From Eledone cirrhosa (Eukaryota), in the NCBI GenBank assembly GCA_964016885.1, contig OZ024743.1, forward strand, positions 224,750,001 to 224,814,000: 64,000 nt of DNA, read 5' to 3'. A program made the translations under genes and the position numbers. Positions 40,847 to 54,901 of the stretch are shown here, piece by piece. The notes under the pieces were generated by a model, which saw only the letters and a program-made list of their open reading frames with translations, searched no databases and had not been told where the DNA came from. The stretch's first letter is position 1. Every line of letters begins with the position of its first letter.

Positions 40847-42469
40847 TAAAGTTAGTCCTTCATCAGTGATCTTCCAACCTTCATTGGTATTTCATTGCTT
40901 TAAAGACCATATACTTCCGGTTGGTGCGAGCAACGGCTAAAGAAAGTCGTTGGGACACGTAAATAAGGGGAACGAGTGAGAGTGTAAACAATCAAAGATG
41001 GTAATGCAACGAAAAGTGAGGAAGAAAGAGTCAAGTCCCAGATTTCTATGAATGTACGTTCGGTGAAATCGTGAACGAGAGAGAATAAAGACCATCAAAC
41101 CTAGTCGAAATGTGAGCAAGGAAAGAATTCCGCACAGGTCAAACGGGAGGAAGAAGAAGTCTAGTCCCTGAATTCGGTGAACATAAGTTCTGTGAAATCG
41201 TAGACAAGAGAGAAAAAAGGAACAACCAGCCTGGTCAAGCGTGCGCGAGAAAAGAATTACGCACAGGTCAAACGGGAGGAAGTAGGAGAGGTAGTAGCAG
41301 AGAGTGAGTGAGTGAAGGGTGAGGAAGAGGCTAACAGAGAGAGTGACTGTTAGAGAGGGTAAAGGGAGGTGAAAGATACAGAGAAAGAGGAAGCAGTAAG
41401 AACGAAATAGACGGGTCACAGCGGAGGAAAATATATGTGTGAATATGAAAACAAACGTGCTGTGTGGTTGCAAATGGGTTACATTATATATATAATGATA
41501 GTTTTTGAGCTGGTGATCAGATAATTGACACTGGTTTATAGCAGTCAATGTCTGAAGGTGAAAATTGACAGAAAGTAAACATTAACTGAATACATTTACT
41601 GACAGACAGTAAACATTGATAATAATTGGGGAAGATTGAAAAGATAGATGATGAATTGGTAAAGTTGTTAGGACATTGGATTAAATGCCTCTGTATTTGT
41701 TCCGGTACACTGAAGTATTGCTAAATTTATATCTCTGTATATATAAGCATGTACAGGTACTATACAAGCAGCAAATTGGCAGAGTTGTTAGAATTTCAGA
41801 TAGAATGCATTGGGGTATTTATTCTGGTTTACTGTGTTCTAAGTTCAAGTTTTGTCATGGTAAACTTTGCCTTTCAACCTTTTTGGATCAATCAATAAAA
41901 TACCATTTTAGTTGGCTGTGGATTGGTGAAATTGATAGTGTCAGATAGGATGCATTGTGGTATCTGATCTAACTCCCTAACTTCCTGCACTCTGAGTTCA
42001 AATCCCACCTCCTCCTAGGCATTGTGACCAACAGACAGAATCAACAATGGAAAGACTAACAGAAACATTGTTTCCTTAGTCTGATCTTTCCTTTTTTGAA
42101 AAGTAGTGAACAGTAACAAGTAATGAACGCTGATGAATGTTAAACAACTTACTGATACCAGAACCTTAGTCTTGCTACTACCCATGGCAATGTCATGAGT
42201 GTTTGGGTTGCCTAAAATATTTTTAGAGGGAAACACTAGCATATCTTATTATAGCAAGTAATAATTGAGTGTACACGTCTTCTTTCATTTTGCCTTTTCT
42301 ATTTTTTCCTTGAATAATTTCTATTAATTTGTTTATTTTGTAAATCATATTCAATATACAAATTATGTTTATATGTAAATCATATTCAATATATGAATTA
42401 TGTTTATATGTAAATTATATTCATTATACAAATTATCTTTCCACTACTATCTGGTTTACTCACTTGTTT

Positions 42470-43305
42470 AGTAAACCAGGTAGTAGAGGGATGTGTCGTA
42501 CCCGATGACTGGTGTAGTAGCATCATTGTTGACCGTTACAAAGGTAAAAGGGATACACTAGAGAGAGTGGCAATTACTGAAGTATGAAATTGTTAGATCA
42601 AATTGCTATACTGCATGACAGTAAAATGTGGGCCATGAGTGAAAAAGATCTATGGCAGCTAAAAAGAGAAATGAAGCATGTATACTTCACTGGATGTATA
42701 ATGTTTGTGTACAAGCAAACTGAGAGAAAAGCTGAGCTCAAGAGGAATTGAATGTAGCATGCATGAGAAATGATTGTGTTCCTATAATCATGTGAGGCGT
42801 AAGAGAAGCAAGAGTTGTATAAAAGATTTTCAAGTGATTGAGTGAATGGAATAGGCAGACTTGGGACAAAGTTATCAAGAATGACCTTAATAAACTGACT
42901 CTCACAAAGGAGAGGACTAAGGACTGAGCTGACTGGTGATAGACTATGATAAAAAAAAGACTTGCCCACCAGTAGAGATACGGTAATACTAAAAGTAAAT
43001 GTGGTGAGACCATGTTGGCAATCAAAAGGAGACAATATAAGGTTTGAGAAAAATTTTCAGTCTGGACAAATATGTGAAAACCATGATAAATGCACTCAGT
43101 ACACTGTAAAGTGGTAGTGGCAGTGCCACAATAATGTACCCAGTAAACCTTGTAATGGCTGATATAAAGAAGGGTAACCAGCAAAAGAAACCATGTCAAA
43201 TATGAAACATATGAATAAGATGAGGTTGCTCTGATCCATCTAATCTTAGATCGTGACAACCCATCCAAACCATGCTAACGTGAAAACCAGACAAAATGAT
43301 GTTGT
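42470..43305 (+). mobile_element. Old, internally deleted RTE LINE
   Basis: PDDWCSSIIV..YKGK (RT start) joined to decayed C-terminal LH..W..NEAC.L.WM and an RTE-type tail. Confidence 0.6.
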
Positions 43306-43321
43306 TGAAATTGTATTTGCA

Positions 43322-44750
43322 TGTACAAGCCATGTATAGGGGAGCAGTCAGCAAAGTTAGGATTAGCAATGAGTATAGCGAGGAATTTAGCATACAGGTT
43401 GGTGTCCGCCAGGGCTCTGTTCTTAGCCCTCTCCTGTTCATCATAGTCCTGCAAGCAATAACGGAGGAGTTTAAGACCGGATGCCCATGGGAACTCCTGT
43501 ATGCAGATGACCTCGCACTTATAGCTGAATCTATGGTAGAACTAGAGAAGAAATTCCAAACTTGGAAGCAGGGACTAGAAAGAAAGGGTCTCAAAGTCAA
43601 CATGACAAAGACTAAGGTCCTTGTAAGTAGACTAGAAAACAGAACACAGATCCCCTCAGGGAAATGGCCTTGCTCAGTATGTAGGAAAGGTGTAGGTAGG
43701 AACTCCATTCTCTGCCCAAAATGCAAACAATAGGTACACAAGATGTAGCGGGATCTCAGGAAGCTTAATTAAGAATGTAGGCTTCACATGTAGCAGCTGT
43801 GCTGGGACAGCCACAGGAAACAAGTACCACCAATCTCTGGGAGGGCTCTGTAGAAACAGTAGACAGCTTCTGCTACCTAGGTGACCGAAGTAGCAGCAGA
43901 GGTGGGTGTTCAGAAAGTACAATAACTAGGGTAAGAATGGGATGGAAGAAGTTCAGGGAACTACTGCCACTGCTAGCTGCAAAAGGCTTTTCCCTCAAAA
44001 TGAAAGGCAGACTGTATGATGCATGTTACGAACAGCAATGTTACATGGTAGTGAGACCTGGGTGCTGAAGGTGGAAGACTTACGTAGATTAGAAAGAAAC
44101 GAAGCCTGCATGCTCCAATGGATGTGTAATAGTAATATACGCGAACGGCAAAGCATAAATGAATTGAGAGAGAGACTGAGCATAAGAGGAATCAAATGCC
44201 GTGTGCAGGAGAGGCGGTTGCGTTGGTATGGACATGTGATGCATATGAAGGATGATAGCTGCATAAAAAGGTGCAGAGCACTAGAAGTCAATGGAAACCG
44301 CAGAGTGGGGAGACCCAAGAAGACCTGGGATGAGGTGATAAAAGCCGACCTTACCCAATTACACCTCTCAAAGGCGATGACACACGACCGTGACCACTGG
44401 CGTCACGCAGTAATACAGAGTACCCGACCTCCCATGGGTACAAGCTGAAGCATATAGACAATATGCCCCCACACCCCCCACTGCAAGGTGGTCGTGGAGG
44501 TGCCACGACAAAAAAGCACCCAGCCCACACTGTAAAGTGGATGTGTAGGCGCCACGAAAAAGCACCCAGCACTCACTGTAAATGAGGTTGGTGTTAGGAA
44601 GGGCATCCAGCTGTAGAAATCAAGCCAAATCAGTTCCTGTATGAGCAAGGCATGGTCAGCCGACCAGACACTGCCCACAACAGGACAACCCGTCTAACCC
44701 ATGCTAGCGTGGAAGAACGGACGTAAAACGGTGATGATGATGATGATGAT
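43322..44750 (+). mobile_element. Young 5'-truncated RTE-clade LINE (disrupted RT C-half plus 3' UTR)
   Basis: VGVRQGSVLSPLLF, LYADDL, KTKVL, FCYLG, HGSETW, LRWYGHV and GRPKKTW motifs; one stop plus frameshifts; (tga)n tail. Confidence 0.93.
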
Positions 44751-44930
44751 GTAAATAAAATATTCATTATTAGCAGGGAAAGCAGATGTTAAAATGATGA
44801 TGATGATGATAAAATGTGTTTATATGTAAATCATAAATCATAAATTTTATTATATAAATTATGTTTAAATATAAATCATACTCGTTATATAAAATGTGTT
44901 TATATGTGAATAAAATATTTTCCAACTTAC

Positions 44931-45018
44931 CGATGCTACTTGGAAGGAGTTATTGGTGCCCCTGTGGTCAATATCGTGGCATAAACAGGATACAAATAGA
45001 GCAAATATTTCCAGTTCA
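44931..45018 (-). CDS. PDE2A: PDE2A-like exon 4 in window (PDEase HD signature)
   Basis: ttttcag|...|gtaagt; 88 nt; [29 protein letters not shown]. Confidence 0.97.
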
Positions 45019-45261
45019 CTGAAAAAAAAAAAAATACATAAAAAAAAAATCAAGGTAAGCATAAGGTAGATATAACAACTATCTTTATAATTTGTAAGTC
45101 TCAGCTGTGCAACTAATGTACTGTGAAGTGTAAATACTTTTCTCCATACAAGGGGCACATATTCCTCCATACAAGGGGCACATATTCCTCCATACAAAGA
45201 AAAATATAAAAGATCATTCTCATGCTGATATTTCAACAATTGTCATCTCATCAGGGAATGC

Positions 45262-45843
45262 ATTTCTAGTCAGACAATAACTACCCCTATGATTCTAGTA
45301 AGAAAATAACTACCCCTATGATTCTGGTCAGACAATAACTGCCCCTATGATTCTGGTCAGACAATAACTGCCCCTATGATTCTGGTCAGACAATAACTGC
45401 CCCTATGATTCTGGTCAGACAATAACTGCCCCTATGATTCTGGTCAGAAAATAACTACCCCTATGATTCTGGTCAGACAATAACTGCCCCTATGATTCTG
45501 GTCAGAAAATAACTACCCCTATGATTCTGGTCAGAAAATAACTACCACTATAATTCTGGTCAGAAAATAACTACCCCTATGATTCTGGTCAGAAAATAAC
45601 TACCCCTATAATTCTGGTCAGAAAATAACTACCCCTATGATTCTGGTCAGAAAATAACTACCCCTATAATTCTGGTCAGAAAATAACTACCCCTATAATT
45701 CTGGTCAGAAAATAACTACCACTATAATTCTGGTCAGAAAATAACTACCCCTATAATTCTGGTCAGAAAATAACTACCCCTATAATTCTGGTCAGAAAAT
45801 AACTACCTTTATGATTCTGGTCAGAAAAAAAACTATCCCTATG
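45262..45843. repeat. 29-bp minisatellite, about 20 copies
   Basis: Unit attctggtcagaaaataactacccctat(g/a). Confidence 0.95.
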
Positions 45844-47042
45844 AGTCCATACATGAAGGAGTATTGCTCTAGCAATGCTATATATGGTTGGTTTGCTTAA
45901 AAAAAAAAAACTATATATACAATGATTATATTACATAACAAAATAACAACACATTTTTAAGGTCATTTTCCCTACTAAATCAAAGGTTAGGCTGGCAGAG
46001 CCCCATGGAGGTCCTTTTTGAAGCAATGTTTCATGGTCAGATACCATTCCTGGCACTATCCCTTTTAGTCTATTCTAAACCAGATACACATGAGCAGATT
46101 ATTATATTACACTATACTATATTTTATAGTTAGTGATAGGGATTTGGTGCAAACACATTACTAAATGTAAAATATATTAGAATAAAGCATCTTACATTAA
46201 AATCTTTTACTATATGTTTATGTTTTAACATAAATATTAGTTATTTCATTAATTACATCACCAAATATATGCATATCATGCAAATTTGAATAACCATTTC
46301 AGCTATATTCTACATCTTGCTTGACATATATGGTAGTAATATTTCTCTGTAGTCTGAATAATAAGGGTAGTTGTCTTTTGATGAGGAGGCAAATAATGAT
46401 TTTCTGTTTACAGAGGAATTTCTTTCCAGTAAAGGCTTCTAATTAAAAAGACCTATAATTATATCTTCATTAAATTCACCTAAAACCTATATTTATCTTA
46501 TGATTGCAATTTTAATTTTCAACTTTGGCGTCTGTTAATTTAGTAATCAAATACCTCTGCTACTCTGATTATATCTAATAAAGAAGTGCTCTAAAGTCTT
46601 TGAGCTATTTGTTTTAATAGTTTGAAAAATATGTGTACATAAGCCAATTAAGAAAATATCATGTGGTTGTAAATATATTTAACAAACTTCTACTTTCTAT
46701 AAAACAGGTTCAACATATATTAAGTTATTAACCTTGCTAAAATATGTCTTTGAGCTATTTGTTTTGTGTGTACATATTTATGTGATATACTTTTTGAAAT
46801 GTTATGCCCTTTATCCAGCAAATCTCCCTTTTTTTATTTCAAAATAATTTCTTATTTTTTTATGTTTGTAAGAATTTTGTAGAACAAATTTACAGCTTCT
46901 AAAATAGTGTTTCTATTAGACCTTTACGAATGTTGTTTGTCAGATAATTCATTTAATATAAAGCTGGTCTTATGGATCTTATTACCAGTAAGTGGACATT
47001 AAAACAATATTTAATGTCCACTTTTTCCTTTCTAATGCTCAG

Positions 47043-47237
47043 GACGGTGGATTGGCAGTATCAGTAGAGGGTCGGATGCCATGCTTTGCAGCATAGAGTT
47101 ATGGCCCTTTACGGTCTGATTTCAAATCCCACCAAGGTTAACTTTGCCTTTCATCCTTACGGGGTTGATAAAATAAAGTACTAGTAATGCACTGGGATGA
47201 TTGCTGGCCTTGTGCCAAAAGTAGAAACAATTATTAA
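47043..47237 (+). mobile_element. Family A SINE, plus orientation
   Basis: tggcagtatcagtagag...ttcaaatccc head, gcctttcatccttacggggttgataaaataaagtac core, tagaaacaattatt tail. Confidence 0.8.
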
Positions 47238-47437
47238 ACTATTTCCTGTAGTTAAAAAAATACGTCACTAATTTAATTCAATTTTCAGATATCTACAGAA
47301 ATTTTATGACTAAGAAAAATATTTCTTTAATGAAAAATTCATTTACAGATCAATTCACTCTACAACCATGTTGGTTGTCAAATGAGGAGTACTTGTATTC
47401 TACTCAAGAACAACAACAAAAGAAAGCTGCAACTTAC

Positions 47438-47560
47438 TCCAAATATTCATGTAGTCGTGCATTTTTCACCATGATGTAAGCATAATGAGCCACTGAGAAC
47501 GCATGGATCCAGTTGTGATAAGGAGGGTTTCGATAGCCTTTCTTCACCATTAATATGAAT
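47438..47560 (-). CDS. PDE2A: PDE2A-like exon 3 in window (catalytic YHN motif)
   Basis: cag|...|gtaagt; 123 nt; [40 protein letters not shown](D), close to PDE2[26 protein letters not shown]. Confidence 0.96.
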
Positions 47561-47935
47561 CTGATAAGAAGTAATAACAAAACAATATATATATATGTGT
47601 GTGTATGCATATATATATATATATATGGTTAAAAAATGAAGGTGAAAAAGCACAGAAGTATCATCATCATCATCTTCGTTTATCGTCCATCTTCCACGCT
47701 AGCATGGGTTTAAAGATTATATTTTCTTTAATATGACAGAATGAATAATTTTATAATTGTTGCATTAAATATAATCGGTTTCGATTGGCATAACAATCTT
47801 ATCAAATATTAAATATTGAGCAAGTTATGGCGCAGCCAATTGGCCAGACTTGTCTCATAACGTGGATGACCTGTCTAACCCATACAAGCATGGAAGAATA
47901 GACATGATGACAATAGTGATAATGATGATGATTAT

Positions 47936-47983
<48 letters not shown>

Positions 47984-48605
47984 GTTAGAGTGGAAAATAG
48001 AGGTTAAACAATGATGATGATGACACATAAGCAGGAAGAGAGAGAGAGAGAGAAAGATAGCAGAGACTGAATAAAGTAGAAAAGGTTTGAATTTCTTCAA
48101 AGACATCAGCACACTACCAGGTCATGAGGTCAAATAATGGAGTTAGCAAAGGAATGTTTACTGTGTACATACACGTACACACACACACACACCCCACACA
48201 TTCATACAAGCATATAAACACAAATATATATACAAATATATACACATGAAGCACCATAATTGATAAAAGGTAGCTGGAGCTCTGTTTGAAGTAGGTACCC
48301 TCTTTGAAGAAGGAGCCCTGTTCAGAGAGGAGAGGGGCTGTTTGATGATTTTTTTTTTGGGGGGGGGGGATTTGATCCCCTTCCCGAGGCCTCCTGATAA
48401 GTTCAGGCCTGAGCACCACATCCACTACTACCATTTATCTGACATTTTATTAATTTTGCCAAATTATCTCCTGTTTATGCATTAAAATATCAAAAACTCT
48501 AAAGAAATATTTCAAAATCTGTGAATTTGAAATATCCTTCTAGAGACAAAATGAATAAACATTTCCAAACAGTATTGTAAATAAAATGTAATTAATTCAA
48601 CTGAC

Positions 48606-48676
48606 CTGACTAAAGAGTCTCGTCTAATACGCCATCGAGAAGTGAAGCCTAAATCTTCAAACATAAACATAACAGC
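48606..48676 (-). CDS. PDE2A: PDE2A-like exon 2 in window
   Basis: ttttgcag|...|gtcag; 71 nt; AVMFMFEDLGFTSRWRIRRDSLV(R); phases match both neighbours. Confidence 0.88.
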
Positions 48677-49399
48677 CTGCAAAATAACATAAACATTATA
48701 AACGTGTATATAAGTTGGATTACTTCGAATAAATAATGAATGAATATTACATAATTTATCTACTGAATTTCGTGGCTGTTGATTAAATATATTTTGTTTA
48801 TTTAAAGATTTACTTCTTTAAAATTTCTGAAATGTCAACACTTCCAGTTGGGCATCGCTTAAATAAACATAGTAATTTTCTCCTAATGCAGTTTATATAT
48901 AATATCGTTTTTTTTAAATGTATCATGGATTACGTTACTGATTAAATAAGACAGTGTAACGCAGTCTTCGTTCAATTTCTATGTATTATATATTGTCAAT
49001 TACGATTTTATTTGATGCATCATATCTACATGTATATATACTTGCGTATAATATCAATATAGACACTACACATGCTAGCAGAAAACCACCCGAAGGGTGG
49101 TTTTTCTGCTATTTTCCATAATGATATTTCCACAAGTAAAGATAATATATACATTTGAATTAATAAATCTGTTTTTAGATATTTTCATCTAAATCATTAC
49201 AGAATGTTAAAACGTGTTTGGTTAAACAAAAAGCAAGAGAGTTAATTGATTTAATGTTAGCATTTACATATTTTCATTAGTATAGTTCCTGTTCTAAAAA
49301 AACAAAAAACAAGAATATTTCAGCTTTAAATGAAACTTGTTTCCAGTTAAGGGGAATTAAGTGTAAATATGAAGATGAATATAAAAGATGTATGTATGT

Positions 49400-49835
49400 T
49401 TATCCACCAAGAATCAAGAAATCAATTAAGACCATGATTTTGGTAATGTGATTGATTGGGTTTTCTGGCATGGAAATAACAGTCTCATGTGATATGTGAA
49501 TTCATTTGAAGTGCAGACTGACCAGACTTTGCAGAGGTCAAGTTTAGTTTCTTCTGCCTGAATGTTTGTCTCTTGTGAGGATTTTGCTGATGAGAATGTC
49601 AAACAAGCTGTTCTAAAGTTTCTATATCAATACTCATGGCTTTCAATGTTATTTCCAAGCTAACCCTGTAGTGTTTTTTTTTTATGGTCACCAACTATTC
49701 TCTTCTCTGTAGCAAGCTCACTATAGAGGAGTCACTTTGATATATTATATGGATGACATGACCTGCTCAGCAAATTTGGTTCTTTTACAACAGAGTTTGT
49801 GTTGAAGGAAGTTTGGCTCATTGGAGCACTTCATA
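49400..49835 (-). mobile_element. Decayed RTE (BovB-like) C-terminal fragment
   Basis: EVLQ*AKLPS...AGHVIH...LLYSELATEKR...LKAMSID. Confidence 0.6.
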
Positions 49836-50207
49836 GAAATCACAAATTTTCTCTTTGAAAAACAGTGGCAGAGTTACGTTGCTTGTTAGAAACTGAATTG
49901 ATAAAACCTACACAGAGAAATGTTTGTATTATGGCTCTATGTATTTTTATATCATAGCTAAATACCATAGCTTTATATTACAAAGGTTTCATAAATGAGG
50001 TTCAGTTATCAGATATTATTGAAAGGAACTTAATAAGAAGGTAATATATGTAATTAGATAGAGATTATTTTTCAAGCTAGGGAAATGTGAATGAAACAAA
50101 TTTGTTTTTCACTAAGAAGGGATATATGCTTCAGGTTAACACTTCAGAATAATATAGTAGCGAACTGCCACCTAATAAGCTATAAAGGGTTATAGTAATA
50201 TTCTTAC

Positions 50208-50327
50208 CTTGCAAGTGTCACCCTCTGGTACCCAGCGAGGGGCAAAGGTAAATTTATCAAAATCCACCGAGAAGTTAGTCAATGCATCTGTTTCACACAC
50301 CAACTGACTGGTTTCTTCAGGTGAAAC
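50208..50327 (-). CDS. PDE2A: PDE2A-like phosphodiesterase, first exon found in window (linker after GAF-B)
   Basis: tag|...|gtaag; 120 nt, phase 0/0; VSPEETSQLVCETDALTNFSVDFDKFTFAPRWVPEGDTCK, resembles vertebrate PDE2A VSDDEY...FASFTYTPRSLPEDDT. Confidence 0.88.
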
Positions 50328-51172
50328 CTATTACACACAAAGAAATAATTTTAACAAAGTTTAATATCAGTTACAGGCTGGATATCAAAAAGTATGTTTA
50401 GTTTGAGGAAGTAAACAGTTGGATATATTAACTACAGTACTTGACTGTTACTTAGTTTATAGACCCCCCCCCCCCCCCCAAAGAACAAAAGGTAAAATAA
50501 ACCTTGGCAGGATTAAAATATTGAATATAAAAGGATGCAAGTAAATATACATTGTGTTGATTTTGCTCGTCTATTCACAAATGTGATTAAGCCCTTAAAA
50601 ATTACACAAAGTTCATGTTTGTAACAACAACAAAAAAATAAAGAAAACTTCAGAGTTATACATGTCAGTGAGGTGACTGTGTTGAAGTAAAGTAAATATA
50701 AATCGTGGAAGAGTCATTTTAACCAGTTGCAGTGGTAAACAACAAATTTCGACACCAGAAAATAAATGATAGATGTAAAGTGAAGTTAACAGTTTTTGTG
50801 TTTTTTGAATGGCTAAAATGAGTTTTCCACAATGTAATTATTTCAGTTTCAACAATGGTCTCAGATCTAGTCACATGGCATGGCTAAAAATGACTATTAA
50901 GTGATATAATTGCTAACATGAATAAAGATTATAAGAAAATAAAGAGTTAAGCAGCTATGATATACAGAAGAAAAAAATCCCCATAAAAGTGATGTTTAAA
51001 ACAGAAACAAAATATGAAAAAGAGGCACAACTTATCAAAACCACACAATATTTCTTTTCTTTTGAAAAAAGAGTCTTAACTTCGAAATATGAAATATAAG
51101 GTAAAAGAATAAACTGCAGTTTTGTATTGTTTTTCTTGCTTTACTCTACACTAGTTTTCACTCATGTATCAG

Positions 51173-54100
51173 TAAACCTCGAAGTGATTGCCATTGGTGT
51201 ACCAGAAGACATAGTTGATCTTCAGACATTTGCTGCCAGTTCATTCAAAGACTTGGGATGTGCTCCCCCAAAGGGTGTTCTACGCCTTGGCTGACCAGGT
51301 CCAAAACCCAGGCAAATTAGACTGTCTTTTTCGAACTCAACTAAGGCATGTTCATATCTTTTGGCCTCTGATAAAGCTAGGTGTGAAAGTCGGATTGCCT
51401 TCCGAACACGCCCTGGTCTTCCACCTGATGTCTGCCCAAAGCTGTGTGTTGCAGCTTCGTTAAATCGCAACTCAACAGAACATTGAAAGCTTCAGCCTAC
51501 GTGATTATGGGCAGATATGGAAGTTTATTAAGGCTGGTGAAACATGGACCAGCTGGTCTGAAAACACTGTACCCACAACAACTGACAATAAAAAAAACTG
51601 AAAAAACTCTGGGAAACTAAATCAGAACAATCTGCCATCCACTGCATATAATCATGGACTGGAATCAAAGTACAAATTGTTGTCATTAAATGCACATAGT
51701 CTATGCAATAAGATACATCTTTTTGACTCCTATGTCAAAAGTATCGACCCTGACTTCATTACAGTCACGGAAACGTGGGCACATTCCTTACTCAGTGATG
51801 GGGTTTTCAGCATAACTGGCTACAATTTGTTTCATAAAGACCACATTAATCATTGTGGTGGTGGTGTAATGGACTACATTCAGTAATTCCTTGTGTTGAT
51901 TTGAACCAATCACAACAAGAAGTATTTTTCTGCGATATACTTATGACCATGTCAACACTGCTACTTGAAGTCGTTTACCATCCCCCAAATTACCATCAGG
52001 ACACTCAACTTTGTGATATCCTCAGCGCTGCTGCCAGGAAAACAGCCACTTATGTTTTTATTGCAGGGGACTTCAATCCCTCTGAGATTAACTGGAAAAC
52101 CCTTTGTTGGCCACAAAGTGCAAATGATTTCCTTGAGCTAGTGCTGGACTCGAACTGGTCCCAAGTAGTCACCTCCCCACCAAGAGGTGACAACACTTTG
52201 GATCTACTCTTCACCACTACTCCTGAAACAGTTATTAGTGTTACTACTGAGGCACCTTTAGGTGACTCTGATCATGCTATGATCATTGCCAATCTGTCCC
52301 TCATGGGCAGTAACAAAAACCACAACCATCTCCAAACTTCTCACTTTAACTGGAATAAAGCAGACTGGAACTGTTACTGCACCGAGCTGCAACCTCCAAA
52401 CTGGTTTGAGTTTTATAACTCTGAAGATATCAACACTGTACTCCAGAACATCCTGAACTCAATATGGACAGCATGTGCAGCATCGGTGCCACGTAAGCAG
52501 AAAAAACATCCCAAAAGTGCAATTTGGGAGACTGCAGCAGTCCATCTTGCCAGAAAAGAACGCTGTAATGCTGAATGTGAGTACAAACTGCATAAATCAG
52601 ATATCAATAGGAAAAAGCAAAATAAATCATCCAACCATCTCAAGCAGGTGACAAAAAAGGCAGTGCTTGAATTTGAGCAGCGCATAGCAACCAACCTTGG
52701 AAGTATGTTCACTCAAAGCTGAGGCCTCACTCTCCAGTTGGTCCTCTTCGCAATTCCCACACAAGCCAGATTACTGATGACCCCAAGGAATGCGCAGAAC
52801 TCATTGCTGAATGCGATGCAGGCATTTTCATTGTTGAAGACCAAAGTGTACCATCTCCACCACCTCTGACATCGGATTCTATTCCAACTATGGAATTTAC
52901 ACCTGCAATGCTGCGACATCACCTTAAAAATAAACGCAACCATGCCTCTCCTAGTCTTGATGGTGTTACGTACCTGCTTCTCAAACGTGGTGGGTACTTC
53001 CTTCTGCACCAGCTATCACGCTTATTCCAATTCTGTCTGAACAACGGTGCTACTCCAGAACAGTGGAAAACTGCCAGTGTCATTCTCTGTTTAAAAAGGG
53101 TGACCGCACATCACCTGTCAACTATCGTCCAGTCAGTCTTACTAGCTGCATTGCCAAACTGATGGAATCCTGTGTCAGAGAAACACTTTGGAACTTCTGG
53201 AAATCTCACAGTCTTATCCGGCCCTCGCAATTTGGATTTATCCCTAACTCCAGCTGCTGTGATCAACTTCAAAATCGAGTTTCTTGAAGACATCACCTGG
53301 ATCACTGATGGCGGCTCATGAGTGGATGTTGTTTACCTTGACTTTGCTAAAGCTTTCAATTCTGTGTCACACAAAAGACATGGCAAAACTCTCTGCAATG
53401 AGTGTGAAGGATGATCTTTTTAACTGGTTGAAGTCCTTCATTCTCAGTCAAAGAGAGGTAGTCACGGTTCTAGGACAGCATTCCTCACCATATGAGATGT
53501 CATCTGGTGTACCACAGGGATCTGTTCTTGGCTCCCTTTTGTTTGTGGCATATATTAATGACATAGATACCAACTTAAAGAATGCCACAGTACTGAAATA
53601 TGCAGATGACATCAAGCTGTACCTTGAAATAAAAAGGACAGATCCTGACAAATCTTGCCTGCAGTCTGACCTGGACACAATGCAACAATGGATCATGGAC
53701 TGGCAACTCAAGCTGGCTGTGGACAAGTGTATCACCATGCATTTTGGGAGTAAAAACCCAACGTCCACATACTCCCTCCACAACACTAATATCAAGAAGT
53801 CTTCTTGTGAACGTGACCTGGGTATTACTGTCAGCAGTGATTTGCGTTGGATGAAGCACATGGAGGCACATGGCTTAGTGGTTAGAGCATTGGCCTTGCA
53901 ATCAAAAGGTTGTGAGTTCAATTCTCAGACCGGGTGATGTGTTGTTTCCTTGAGCAAGACACTTTATTTCGCATTGTTCCAATTTACTCAGCTGTAGAAA
54001 TGAGATGATAGGGACTGGGGTCCATATAATTCCACTGCAAAGTGGTCGTGGAGGCGCCACGGCAAAAAAGCACCCAGCAATCGCTGTAAATGAGGTTGGT

Positions 54101-54901
54101 GTTAGGAAGGGCATCCAGCTGTAGAAGTCAAGCCAGAATCAGTTCTCGTCCCACCCTTGCAAGCAGGGAAAAAGTGGACGTTAAATGAAATGATGATGAT
54201 GATGATGATGAAGCACGTCTCTAAAATTGTCAAGAAGGCCGAGGGTGTCTTAGCATCACTCAGCAAGACCTTTGTCAGCCACTCTCCAGCTATCTATTTA
54301 AAGCTGTATATAGCTATGATGTGGCCACACTTAGAATTTGCATCACCAGTCTGGAACCCCTATCTTGCTTAGAACATGACCGCCTGGAAACTGTTCAGAG
54401 ACGTGCAACCAAGCGAATACCCTCCATCAGGCATCTACCATACTCTGAATGCCTTGCTTCCCTGGGCAGGAATACATTGAAGTTCCGACATCTGGCAACT
54501 GACTTGGTAAACACCCACAAAATTATTAACCATCTTGCCAACAACAACCCTGAGTAGCTTTTTGATTTCCATGTGTCTAACACAAGTGGGCATGCCAACA
54601 AAGTCAGAAAATAGCACAGCTCCCATGACTTTCGGAAACATTTTTTCACGCTCAGAGTTGCTGAAGCATGGAATAAACTATCTGCATCAGTTATTAGCTG
54701 TTGAGACACTGCATCCTTTAAAACCTCCATGCTTCCTGAGATTCGCCAACACTACACCTAATATTCCCCCTCCATACACATGCACACATGTATATCATGA
54801 CTCATACACTATTCACTTCCCTGGCATTTGAATATTATTCTATGTACTATACATGCACCTTTGATGAGTTGTAGTGCACCTGAGCACTGTACACAATAAT
54901 T

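Noticed and set aside
40937-41548. 203-aa hydrophobic minus-strand ORF
   Set aside because: Low-complexity Leu/Phe/Ser translation of a purine-rich repeat with an internal dimer.
45262-45843. CRISPR-like 29-bp repeat array (also the 30- and 47-bp arrays)
   Set aside because: Units are contiguous with no unique spacers, no cas genes are present, and the context is eukaryotic.
53860-53935. tRNA gene
   Set aside because: tRNA-like head of a SINE with TSD and tail, not a standalone cloverleaf.
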